Notes: generated by a model not told the origin, from the letters alone. A stretch of DNA of 64,000 bases from an uncultured Nitrososphaerota archaeon (GCA_963701075.1 OY969559.1:256001-320000); one strand, 5' to 3'; shown: positions 30,001 through 38,755, numbered from the stretch's first letter. Translations and numbers: made by a program.

Positions 30001-33000
30001 TACGACTGTATCAGAAGTGCCCACTGACTCGGTGCTAAGTGTAACTGACTGACCATGGGATGTTGTTACTGTATCGGTGGTGCCCACTGACTCGGTGCTA
30101 AGTGTAGTTGTGTGTTGAGCGACTGCAGAGACGGTGTTGTCGGTAGTACCTACTGACTCGGTGCTAAGTGTAACTGACTGGCTGTAGGATGTTGTTACTT
30201 GGTTGTCGGTAGTACCCACTGACTCGGTGCTAAGTGTAACTGACTGGCTGTGGGATGTTGTTACTTGGTTGTCGGTAGTACCCACTGACTCGGTGCTAAG
30301 TGTAACTGACTGGTGGTGGAATGCTGTTACTGTATCGGTGGTGCCCACTGACTCGGTGCTAAGTGTAACTGTGTGATGAGCAACTGCAGATACGGTGTTG
30401 TCTGTAAGACTAACGTTTTCTGTAAATCCCACATCATCCGGATAGAATTTTGAGACTCTGTTGTTGCCAGCATCTGCCACATAGATGCCATTGTTGCTAT
30501 CTATTCCTATACCCATTGGTCCGTCAAACTCGCTACCAGCAGTTCCAGTAGATCCAAATGTTTCAAGGAATGTTCCTGATGGACTGAACTTTTCTATTCT
30601 ATCGTTTTGTGTGTCTGCAACATAGGGGTTGTTAAAGCCGTCAATTGCAATTCCAATAGGACTATTGAATTGACCATTGCCATTTCCTGCTGTACCAAAC
30701 GATGAGGAATAGGTACCAGATGGGTTGAATATCTCTACCCTATTGTTTCCAGTATCGGTGACATAGACCCAACCAGTACTGTTAACTGCCACACCCATAG
30801 GACCTGTAAATTGCCCATTGCCAGTTCCAGTTCCGCTACCAAATGTTGTCTCTAGCGTTCCTGAAGAACTAAACTCTTTTACAAGGTCATCTCCGGTGTC
30901 TGCTACGTAGATATTGCCAGAACTATCCACTGTAACTCCTGTAGGACTGTCAAGTGTACTGGAACCAAATGAGCCTTGAGAACTTCCTGAAGATGAGTAT
31001 TCGTTAATTACGTTATCGTTAGTGTCTGCAACATATACCACGCCGGTATTACTATTGGCTGCCACTCCGAATGCAGCAGTAGATGTAACGTTGAAGGTTG
31101 GTGTGCCACCGCTTGACGGTATTTTAGAAGCATAGTCCAGTGCAGAACCAATGTTAAAGTTACCACTACTATCAATGAACACGCTAAGTGGGGTGTCTAC
31201 TGCGATCTGTCCTATGAATGCGTTGTTGTTTGCATATGCGGTAGAGTTTCCAAACTGGAACATCAGATGATGATGCGCGAAAGTCATGACATGCGAGATC
31301 TCAAAGCCAGTCTCATTGCTTGAGTAATTGTGGTAAATTATCGAGTTACCCTCTATCGTCGGGCTAAGCACAGTGGTTCCATTGTTTAGTTGTAGGAATT
31401 TAAGGTCTGCAGGAGGAGCAGTACCAAAGTTTGTTCCATTAATTGACGTAATGTTCAGGTCTGCAGTGCCTGTGGTGTTAAAGTATACTGTCCAGTTGCC
31501 TCCCACTGCAGGATATGACTGGACATTGATCACCTCTATTTGTGCAGTTATTTGGAATTGCTGTTGTGAGAGATGCGGCACAGTCCACTGTATCTGATCG
31601 GGAATTCCATCGCCGTTTGTATCAACTAGTTTCACTGCAAATCTAGCATCATTGGTAACATCAACACTTGAACCATTAACTAGCCAGTTTAGTTTGAAAT
31701 GGGCACCCTCCTTGACTAGATCTTCAGGTATATTGGAAAATGCTGTTACATTTGTGTAGTGTAAGGTAGAGTTGTGTGCAACCCAGACTAGCTTGTCATA
31801 TTTTGATGCGATAGACAAATCCTTCTCTATAGTAAATGGAGCAGGTGTTACGTAGGCAATATCGTACTTGCTTGCAGATTCGTTGATAAATAGTAACTTG
31901 GTTGGCTTGTTAGTCTGTAATATCTTCGGAATCTGGCCTAGTGATACTAATGGCGCAGATAGATTGCCGCCAAAAGACAGGGTACGCAGACCATGCGGGT
32001 ATTGCAAGTTTTGGCTGGTAAGCTGGTTCAGGAGACTTAACCCATTCAAGTGTTTTTGTTGAATATCAGTATTATTTGAAATTCCTATGCCATTGATGGT
32101 CTGATTTTGGACAGCCGTGAAGCCTGTAGGCATCTGGTTCAAGTTAAAAAGGGTCTGCAACCTGTTGTTGTGTATCACATCAAGGTGGACGATATGGGCA
32201 TCCGCAGGTATCTCCATAGCCAAGTCTTGTGTCTGGTTTGTCAGAGTGACGTTTTGAACCCACATCACCGGCTGGTTGATTAGGATTTTGTTGTGTCTTA
32301 GGAAGAGTCCTCCCATCGTACCATTTCCTACGGCAAATACGGTCGAGTTTGCAGGAATAGTGGAATTGTTGAGAGTAGAATTCGGATAGTCAGAGGTTAG
32401 TGGGTTCGTAGAATTTGTGTTTTGAATAGAGGTAGAGTTGGTAGACGTGAAGTTTGATATTCCTGTTGCAAGTGTGGGATAAAATGTAGAGATGTTTTGA
32501 CCATATACTTCTGAAATTTGAGTAGGCGTCAGTAATGAGTCATAAAGATTGACGTTGCTCAAAAGACCCGAGAACTGGCTTTCTGCTTCATTTCTTATGT
32601 TGTTGTAATATGCACCGATGACGACATCTGCATTAGACGAGATATCCGTATAGTTCTTTGTAGCAAGGTTGCCGTTAACAGCTATTGTTGGGATGCCCGT
32701 TATTGGCATCGAGGACTGGAATGTGCCGTTTACGTATAGTGCAATCGATGATCCATTGAAGGTTGCAGCAAGATTGTTCCAGCTCTGTCCAATGGGCACG
32801 GTTGAGCTTACTGTATCCCATTTTATTCCGTCAAAGACTGAGAACTGTGCTGTCTGATACGGTGGGATCTCGTTGTTAATTGATAGGGTAAATTCATTTT
32901 CTTTGCTAATAACCGTGAAGACTGGAGCCCCCTGTGTATAGTCTGGTTTTACCCATGCAGATAGTGTGAGATCCTTAAGATCCTTTGTGGCAGAGCCGTT

Positions 33001-34344
33001 TGCCGTTAGAAATCCATTTCCTTGCAGTTGCAGTACTGTCTTGTTAGTCTGGTTTGTAAGGCCAATCTGGCCAACTGTCGTGGTATCGTTGTTCTGAGCT
33101 CCAAAATTCCAAGACTGGATTGAACTTGGAAGTGTTGGCAATTGTATGGAGTTGGAATGGTTGTTAAACTGTAATTGTGTGGAGTTGGAATAGTTGTTAA
33201 ACTGTAATTGTGTGGAGTTGGAATAGTTGTTAAACTGTAAATGTGTGGAGTTGGAATGGTTGTTAAACTGTAATTGTTTGTAGTTGGAATAGTTGTTAAA
33301 CTGTAATTGTTTGAAGTTGGAATAGTTGTTAAACTGTAATTGTGTGGAGTTGGAATAGTTGTTAAACTGTAATTGTTTGAAGTTGGAATAGTTGTTAAAC
33401 TGTAAATCACTACCACTGTTATTGCCAGATGGTTGGATATCTGTGCCGGACCCATTATTTTGTGAATAGGCGTATACCAAAAAGCTTGGAGATATAGAGA
33501 CCGGTTCAATAACAGCAGATGAGATTAAAATTGCAATAAAACAAAAAGAGAGAGCTTGTCTCGAATTAGAAACTCTTAATCTTGCACCCTCAGCTCGAAC
33601 GAGGATGTATCCCGAAAGGGGAACTAGCAACAAAAATATTGTTGGGTTTTTTCCATTTACAGAATCGTGCGCTGTAGCTGATACAAAATTTTTCACAATA
33701 ACCAGGTCATCAGAAAGTCTGTAGACCAGCCCTTGTACAGAAGAGCCATGTGTAGACTCTGACAGGTAGTTTAACAGATTTTCATTTATTTTTCCAAAAT
33801 TGTTTACTACATTCTGATTCAATAATCTGGATGGGGATAATTCTAGATTTTTCAAAAATGTAATTGGTTCCATGTTTATATTTTTAGACGGTATACCGTT
33901 ATTGATAACAATTGATCTTCCATTAAATCTAATTCTGTCAGAATTTGATATTCTTTCCATTGTTGTTACAGTATCAGAGTTTTGTTTCAAAACAAGAAAT
34001 GCATTCTGTCCAGGGATATTGTCATAGATTGAAAGATTTTCGAACAGATTAATTTGAGTGTTAATTGATGATCGGGTGTTAGCAGAATTTGAAATTTCAT
34101 TTTGTGGTTGGTTGTTGTTTGAATTATCATTGGTGCTGGTTCCCATACTTTCTGAAAGGTCTACCTCGATTTTTTTAGCTTGATGATTTGATACACTGGT
34201 AGTAATTATTTTTTGATCTGGTGTCATTGTCTCAGTTTTTTGAAGATCAGGTAACCCAAGCGTTCCAAACTCTGCATTTGCCATTCCAAGTGACGAAGCG
34301 ATTATCAATCCAATTAGTATCAATGAGGAAATTTTTATCATCAA
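27007..34344 (-). CDS. giant (2445 aa) cell-surface protein: signal peptide, internal TM pair, N/Q repeats, LamG domain, NHL propeller, ESVGTTD repeat stalk, Gly linker, beta-rich C-terminus
   Basis: LTLSAWVKP / ATFNGSSIALYVNG / FSGLLSNVNLYDSLLT (LamG); P.GV.VD.SG.IYVADTGN.RV (NHL); many N-x-S/T sequons. Confidence 0.85.
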   Translation of the reverse strand: MMIKISSLILIGLIIASSLGMANAEFGTLGLPDLQKTETMTPDQKIITTSVSNHQAKKIEVDLSESMGTSTNDNSNNNQPQNEISNSANTRSSINTQINLFENLSIYDNIPGQNAFLVLKQNSDTVTTMERISNSDRIRFNGRSIVINNGIPSKNINMEPITFLKNLELSPSRLLNQNVVNNFGKINENLLNYLSESTHGSSVQGLVYRLSDDLVIVKNFVSATAHDSVNGKNPTIFLLLVPLSGYILVRAEGARLRVSNSRQALSFCFIAILISSAVIEPVSISPSFLVYAYSQNNGSGTDIQPSGNNSGSDLQFNNYSNFKQLQFNNYSNSTQLQFNNYSNFKQLQFNNYSNYKQLQFNNHSNSTHLQFNNYSNSTQLQFNNYSNSTQLQFNNHSNSIQLPTLPSSIQSWNFGAQNNDTTTVGQIGLTNQTNKTVLQLQGNGFLTANGSATKDLKDLTLSAWVKPDYTQGAPVFTVISKENEFTLSINNEIPPYQTAQFSVFDGIKWDTVSSTVPIGQSWNNLAATFNGSSIALYVNGTFQSSMPITGIPTIAVNGNLATKNYTDISSNADVVIGAYYNNIRNEAESQFSGLLSNVNLYDSLLTPTQISEVYGQNISTFYPTLATGISNFTSTNSTSIQNTNSTNPLTSDYPNSTLNNSTIPANSTVFAVGNGTMGGLFLRHNKILINQPVMWVQNVTLTNQTQDLAMEIPADAHIVHLDVIHNNRLQTLFNLNQMPTGFTAVQNQTINGIGISNNTDIQQKHLNGLSLLNQLTSQNLQYPHGLRTLSFGGNLSAPLVSLGQIPKILQTNKPTKLLFINESASKYDIAYVTPAPFTIEKDLSIASKYDKLVWVAHNSTLHYTNVTAFSNIPEDLVKEGAHFKLNWLVNGSSVDVTNDARFAVKLVDTNGDGIPDQIQWTVPHLSQQQFQITAQIEVINVQSYPAVGGNWTVYFNTTGTADLNITSINGTNFGTAPPADLKFLQLNNGTTVLSPTIEGNSIIYHNYSSNETGFEISHVMTFAHHHLMFQFGNSTAYANNNAFIGQIAVDTPLSVFIDSSGNFNIGSALDYASKIPSSGGTPTFNVTSTAAFGVAANSNTGVVYVADTNDNVINEYSSSGSSQGSFGSSTLDSPTGVTVDSSGNIYVADTGDDLVKEFSSSGTLETTFGSGTGTGNGQFTGPMGVAVNSTGWVYVTDTGNNRVEIFNPSGTYSSSFGTAGNGNGQFNSPIGIAIDGFNNPYVADTQNDRIEKFSPSGTFLETFGSTGTAGSEFDGPMGIGIDSNNGIYVADAGNNRVSKFYPDDVGFTENVSLTDNTVSAVAHHTVTLSTESVGTTDTVTAFHHQSVTLSTESVGTTDNQVTTSHSQSVTLSTESVGTTDNQVTTSYSQSVTLSTESVGTTDNTVSAVAQHTTTLSTESVGTTDTVTTSHGQSVTLSTESVGTSDTVVVSQSVTLSTESVGTTDNTVSAVAQHTTTLSTESVGTTDTVTTSHHQSVTLSTESVGTSDTVAVSRSVTLSTESVGTTDNTVSAVAQHTVTLSTESVGTTDTVTTSHHQSVTLSTESVGTSDTVVVSQSVTLSTESVGTTDNTVSAVAQHTVPLTESVGTTDTVTAFHPQSVTLSAESVGTTDNQVTTSHGQSVPLTIESVGTTDNPVTVSQIHTVPLTESVGTTDTVTAFHHQSVTLATESMSLSDTFATGLTPTQQLVGNTQTQITVNPSRPQLVVISPTAALSTVTIPANVTTPSINYSSIYTTIDNTNTVQISNPLDITKYSIDTENPIVQVTIPANTAMSGTSWNGVLDLPTVQTGQNLVIPTPSGQTSTVKTVLEMGSSIPMTFNNAVQLVLFGQAGEHIGYYYSPSSVTEITTTCTDDTQATNNNLPAGGDCKINVGSDLHIWTKHFTGFATWSSGSVSPSPSPSVSTGGGGAGAVGVGGVGVGGVGAGVSSSGESSSTFGGVLAPELKIDSVSYNLCQNDTVSMLVEYSVSTPTVILRTSLTGTVQATLAQVQPFAQENQNSTIQKLVYVAQVDPKETSFEVVALQAADNNVFSVGETVNVSGCEGNINYENTGATSAEQIPPGAPEIFNVKSQIGNGIITPSEENQFTNSQPVTVSAIINSPTPLSQVELRFVPIGNSTTGYSVINMGVTPLQISNTTYAVSGIIPESMMQAPAITYWIDAQNNAGKTTDSGQYTIGVKPQYDISGNLEMDISPTRAEGTMGIQTAYFTNNSTGHIYGSVSLIVDGNVTYTSPPQVFGTGQTAVNLEWKAPSTGKLDDYNVQAIANFYDKSFETSASSIIIFPSVQTIALSQLSSIDMLNESNNTIAQPLVLYSSFNNEGTMQYNVIAPDGVCVIGGSSDCLVTNSTLGLAGNFKSVTIGDQIYRVRYSGPDSPLERFSITSVDPILGNWKVGIDSQQGLLPQAHAMDDVYLKIKYRAIDSLPVTLLSQ
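29260..30425 (-). repeat. coding tandem repeat: 17 units of 19-22 aa (core L(S)TESVGT[TS]D) plus 2 degenerate flanking units; 186-bp higher-order period
   Basis: GGTGTTGTCGGT recurs at 29575, 29761, 29947, 30133. Confidence 0.95.
33142..33405 (-). repeat. 8 x 33-bp coding tandem repeat (LQFNN[YH]SNxx[QH])
   Basis: GTTGTTAAACTGTAA recurring every 33 bp. Confidence 0.95.
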
Positions 34345-34820
34345 ATTTTCATCTCCGTTGGTATCATTGGAAGATTAGTCAGTGGAATCTCAGAACCACA
34401 AAAGAAAATTTTAGAATCTATGATTAGAATTAGAGATTCTATTCTAGCGGTTGAGATTATCCCCTGTGTCATGATTAATAATTCTAGATTGGGATGACCA
34501 TTAAGCGGGCTGGAAATGGTGGTTCCAAAAGAGGTCCAGACTGGAAATTGAGGCTTTCCCGGCTGCCGTTTTGGAATACGCCCTTTTTGGCATAAAATTG
34601 CCCGTTTTTTGGTTTTGCCAAGAAATCGAAGAATTGCTGATTGTTGTTTCTAATTAATCTGAGGATTGATCACAATTTCAATCCAATTTAATACGGTTGG
34701 TAACAATTTCACTTAATAATAATTTTCAAGAGATGATCTTTCACTGCTTCTATTAATTCAACTTGTCAGGGTTGATTTTTTTTAATAAGAATCAGGCAGA
34801 TGTTTTATTGCAAGTAGTCT

Positions 34821-35124
34821 TGTAGAAACTATAGATTTTTGAAAGATTGTAGGTACTATTCTGTGGACAGATCTATAGCTTGCAAAGTGAATTCAGCATA
34901 CCGTGACGCATTTTGGTGCATGTGAATGTCTCGGGCCATATTGCAGAAAGTAAATAAGGCAAGAAAACTAAGCGAGGCAATATTTGAGTAAAGAGAAAGT
35001 TGCGCAAACACATCATGTTAAGGTGTATTATGATACAGAAAGTAGAAGCGCTATTTCGAGTTATTACATACAACTGCTACAGGATTACTAGGGATTATTT
35101 TGTAATTTATGGAAGGTTTCTACA
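34821..35124 (+). mobile_element. internally deleted IS5-like relic (MITE-like)
   Basis: 9-bp inverted repeats TGTAGAAAC (34821) / GTTTCTACA (35116); decayed transposase C-terminus VKRKLRKHIMLR...KVEALFRVITYNCYR. Confidence 0.55.
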
Positions 35125-35358
35125 CCGTTGTACAAATCTTATTTGTTGAAAATATTTGCACCAAAAATGATTCCAATCTTACTATTGTAAAGTCTGCAAT
35201 TAATATTACATGATACAATTCAAAGCAAATTATGTTGTTGATTTGTCATTAGATTTAGAATTAGTGACACTGAAAAATTCCTTTTGACAGTCTTTATTTT
35301 GATTCGTACATAAATTAATGAGGCAAATCTTTTATGACTACAAAATCAGGCAAATAAC

Positions 35359-35475
35359 TTATTCGGAAGAGCTGATCTTGGACAGAACTTCTTTATACTT
35401 TTCATTAAATTCATCAAACCTAGAATCAGTGCATATAGACATCATTGAAACAAATCTAGGATCTGTACAGTCATC
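35359..35475 (-). pseudogene. orphan 3' fragment of a paralogue of the Cys-rich protein 35691..36239
   Basis: DDCTDPRFVSMMSICTDSRFDEFNEKY...* versus NDCSDPRFYEMMSVCKNSNF. Confidence 0.75.
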
Positions 35476-35690
35476 ATGTTCATTGTAAATGCAGAGGGTG
35501 TTAGCAATACCAACGATGATGGTGGTGCCGTGAAGTTGGTTGATGGAACAGGTACTGCTCCAACAAGATTGGCAAAAAGGCTAGTAAATGGCAGGTCCAA
35601 TTCTTGACAAGGCTATTATACTAAAAGGAAAATTTTGTATAACTGTACCGGCTCACAAACACGTTAATTTATTGGTACCCGAATGACTTT

Positions 35691-36239
35691 TTGTTGAACT
35701 CTAGGATAATTCTAGCATCTGCAGGAGGTGTGATTGCAATAGTTGTCTTGATAGTAATCATGACATCCATGATAAATCCTGCACCGCAAAATAACGACCA
35801 GCTTTATACTAAAGCAGGGGTTAGCCCTTCAACACAGAGTTTTCCCTTGCCCGTAAATTATACCTCGAACCAACTCTTAGATTATTGCTCACAAAATGAA
35901 ACACTAGTTTACAACGATGTATGTATACGTGGGTTGTGGGACGTTAGTGACGAATGCAAGAACGCTAACTTTTCATCTGCCAATTCTGTTTGCACAGACC
36001 CACGATTTGGGCAGTTTGAGGACAAGGTAACAAAAGAGATGCAGGATCTTGACAATTCATTAACAAGATTTGTAAATTCGTGCATGAACGCGACATCAAA
36101 TGACGATATTCAGAATTGCTCTGTCAATATCGAGAGAATAAAAAATGATTGTAGCGACCCAAGATTTTATGAAATGATGTCAGTGTGTAAAAATTCTAAC
36201 TTTGAAATGCTTTCACAAAAAAATTACAATGGCACATAG
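35691..36239 (+). CDS. N-terminally membrane-anchored Cys-rich extracellular protein, unknown function
   Basis: TM helix near N-terminus, 8 Cys, internal repeat C[TS]DPRF, several sequons. Confidence 0.75.
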   Translation: MLNSRIILASAGGVIAIVVLIVIMTSMINPAPQNNDQLYTKAGVSPSTQSFPLPVNYTSNQLLDYCSQNETLVYNDVCIRGLWDVSDECKNANFSSANSVCTDPRFGQFEDKVTKEMQDLDNSLTRFVNSCMNATSNDDIQNCSVNIERIKNDCSDPRFYEMMSVCKNSNFEMLSQKNYNGT

Positions 36240-36360
36240 GAAGTCAGATATTTGAGCAACAGTTCATTGAATACCTTATTGAATTTTACTTTTTTCAGTA
36301 AGTGATGATAATAAAATCATTTGCTCAGATCTTTTTCTTCTTTACAAAAGATGAATAAAT

Positions 36361-36535
36361 TTAATATTCCTGTAAAAACCACTGAAGGTTTCTTATAGTA
36401 CAAGTTCCAGCAGCATTCAATCTTGCAAGGGCAATATCAAAGAAATATTTTGTACCCACAGTAAAATGTTGGCCTGCAACTGTAATTGAGAATGTTTGGT
36501 TTACTGTATCCCAATTAGAGCCCCAATAGCCCAAG
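36361..36535 (-). pseudogene. orphan alternative C-terminal tip of the upstream fibre-like protein
   Basis: 16/43 identical residues, ungapped, with the last 43 aa of 36536..37864; has a stop codon but no start. Confidence 0.8.
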
Positions 36536-37864
36536 TTATTTCTCCTGCAATAACCACTCGGTATTATAAAGAACGCATGTACTGCCAGATGTAGTTCTTG
36601 CGGCGGCCAAATCAACATATTCCGTGGTTCCCGGAGTAAGTCCTGTTATCTCGCCAGTCCTTGCAAATGGAATTGGATCACCGGATGTCGGTATCTTGAC
36701 ACTGAGATCACTTCCTAATTCCGTTCCTGCCAATGTTGCACCGTTTATGCCCATATTTGAAGTCGAATATCTAATTTCAATAACACACCCACCTCCATTC
36801 GATCCAGTGTCGACATAGCCTGAAATTGTCACCTCTACATTTCCTGTAACCTCTGGAGTTAGAGTTGCATAATCTCCCATCATTACAACAGTTGCAGCCG
36901 TTGGTCCTGTTGCGTTTCCTAATGCTGCATGTCCTACAGTATAATTAATCTGCGGCCTTACTGCGAATGTTTCAGTCTCTTTGGTAAGAGGTAAGTTTAG
37001 GGTTTCGTTTGCAGCCACTGCGGCATTACTAATTTTAGTGGTAAACGTACTTGCTGGATTTCTTATTATTATTCCACCCGAACCAAACTTCATTGTATTA
37101 TTTCCAGTCCAAGTTTGTATCATGTTTAATGCACCAAGAGTATCAGATCCAGTGATCAATGGTAAGTTGAGAGTTTCATTTGCTGTAACTGCTCCCCCTG
37201 CAAGAGTTGTGGCATGTGTATTAGCTGCATTAGAAACGACCAGACCTGTATTTGCTGCTGTAAATGTATTTGTGTCATGACTAAATGTATTTGCACCAGT
37301 CCAAGTTTGAGTAAGACCTAGAGTTCCAAGAGTATCACCCGCCGCAATATTTGGAATTGCAAGAGCCTGAGTTGTTGTCTGGGCTGATGAAAGTGTAAGA
37401 GTTTTTCCTGCAGTCATTCCAGATAATGAGAACGTTAGTTGTTTACTGGTTGTTGTTGGGTCGGTTATCGTTGTACCTCCTGAAAATGTATTGGCGCCAG
37501 TCCAAGTTTGAGAAAGACCTAGCGCACCAACCGTTTGAGTACCCGATGATGCTTGGTATTTCAAAGTGTTTGCTGTTGTAGTACTTAGCCACAGATCTCC
37601 ACTAGCAAGTGAGGAGGGATCAGCCGAGGAAGCAAGATTAAGGCCTGCAGTAGTACCAGAGTTTTGAAATGTTTGTTTGTCTCCAGCTGTATACGTATTT
37701 ACAGTATCAGTAAAAACAGTCGTGCTAGGAAGGTCACTCTCCAGAAATTGCCCGACCGTTGATATTGCCTTTTTTGGAATACCTGCTGCATCAGCAGCAC
37801 TGACAGCAACTGCTGTGACTATTACCAATATTACAATTAAGGTATAATCCCTGTTTTCCAACAA
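36536..37864 (-). CDS. secreted phage tail-fibre-like protein
   Basis: Signal peptide (TLIVILVIVTAVAVSAADA), 3 x QTWTG.NT and 2 x ANETLNLPL shaft repeats, T/G/S rich, C-terminal beta domain; start moved to TTG 37864. Confidence 0.65.
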   Translation of the reverse strand: MLENRDYTLIVILVIVTAVAVSAADAAGIPKKAISTVGQFLESDLPSTTVFTDTVNTYTAGDKQTFQNSGTTAGLNLASSADPSSLASGDLWLSTTTANTLKYQASSGTQTVGALGLSQTWTGANTFSGGTTITDPTTTSKQLTFSLSGMTAGKTLTLSSAQTTTQALAIPNIAAGDTLGTLGLTQTWTGANTFSHDTNTFTAANTGLVVSNAANTHATTLAGGAVTANETLNLPLITGSDTLGALNMIQTWTGNNTMKFGSGGIIIRNPASTFTTKISNAAVAANETLNLPLTKETETFAVRPQINYTVGHAALGNATGPTAATVVMMGDYATLTPEVTGNVEVTISGYVDTGSNGGGCVIEIRYSTSNMGINGATLAGTELGSDLSVKIPTSGDPIPFARTGEITGLTPGTTEYVDLAAARTTSGSTCVLYNTEWLLQEK

Positions 37865-38113
37865 TATTATTTTGTATTTTAAGAGATAAGCTTTTGGGTA
37901 AAATGGATGAAAAATGAATTCCTTTTTGGCAATAAATTCAACGTGGTAGGCAGGTGAAGAGAAATGTCCTGACCCGAATAGTGAAAGCACAGGAAGCCTA
38001 CCCTTTTGGTGTAATTATTTTATATTCCCAAAAGCACACAAGGTCTACAAAAAAATTCCTAACAACTCCTAGAGTCTATAAGAAAAATAATGAACTCGTT
38101 TTTAATGACGAGT

Positions 38114-38755
38114 TTAGGTTGTGGTTATAGTCCAGGTAACTGTTAGCGAGTCGCCGCTATTTAGGCTGACAGCACTGGCAAATTTTTGGTGAGCCAGCAT
38201 GTCTCCTGCCCCCTCAGTTGTGGAATCAAACACTCCTGCCTCTGCAATGCCGGCTACGGATGTGGTTGAAGTGTATGTATTGGCTATTGTAACTGTGGTA
38301 GTACCTGAAGCTGCTGCCGAGTCTGTAGCAGTAGCTTTTGCTCTCGAATCTGAAGCACCCAGACCAAAGTCATTTGCATTTATCTCAGTTCCTAGTGCAG
38401 TATCAGTGGCTGCTGGAGCTCCAGTCCCGGTTCCAAGTGCAATTACATCAAAGACAGCGGTTCCATTCACACCACAGGAATGCGATGTGTGTCCACTAAA
38501 CAAATCTCCTGCAGTACAGTCCACCCCGGTATTTGTTATCAAGTTGTCAGTCTGTTGATAAGACTTGATGTTTCCATGAGAGTCTCTCTCTACCAGTGTT
38601 ATGTGCCCCAACATATTGGTCGTTGCAGGCAGGGTTTTATCTGTGGTATCTTGAGAAGGAGAGTAGCTCGTTGCAAATATGCCGTCAAGCCCCATTGAAC
38701 TTACCACGGCAACAATAGCTATTCCCATCAAGGCCACAGTTGTGCTTTGTTTCAT
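38114..38755 (-). CDS. secreted protein resembling phage tail-collar fibre proteins
   Basis: Signal peptide; NLITNTG...IALGTGTGAPAATDTALGTEI...IAEAGVF...GDMLA..F..V.LNSGDSLTVTWTI pattern. Confidence 0.6.
   Translation of the reverse strand: MKQSTTVALMGIAIVAVVSSMGLDGIFATSYSPSQDTTDKTLPATTNMLGHITLVERDSHGNIKSYQQTDNLITNTGVDCTAGDLFSGHTSHSCGVNGTAVFDVIALGTGTGAPAATDTALGTEINANDFGLGASDSRAKATATDSAAASGTTTVTIANTYTSTTSVAGIAEAGVFDSTTEGAGDMLAHQKFASAVSLNSGDSLTVTWTITTT

Noticed and set aside
29260-30425. CRISPR-like alternation of a constant ~26-bp word and variable spacers
   Set aside because: Spacers recur, unit lengths are multiples of 3, the region lies inside an open ORF and there are no cas genes
33142-33405. 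33-bp repeats as a CRISPR array
   Set aside because: Head-to-tail with no spacers; coding
36361-36670. Diversity-generating retroelement TR/VR pair
   Set aside because: Similarity is at protein level only, differences are not adenine-specific and there is no reverse transcriptase in the window
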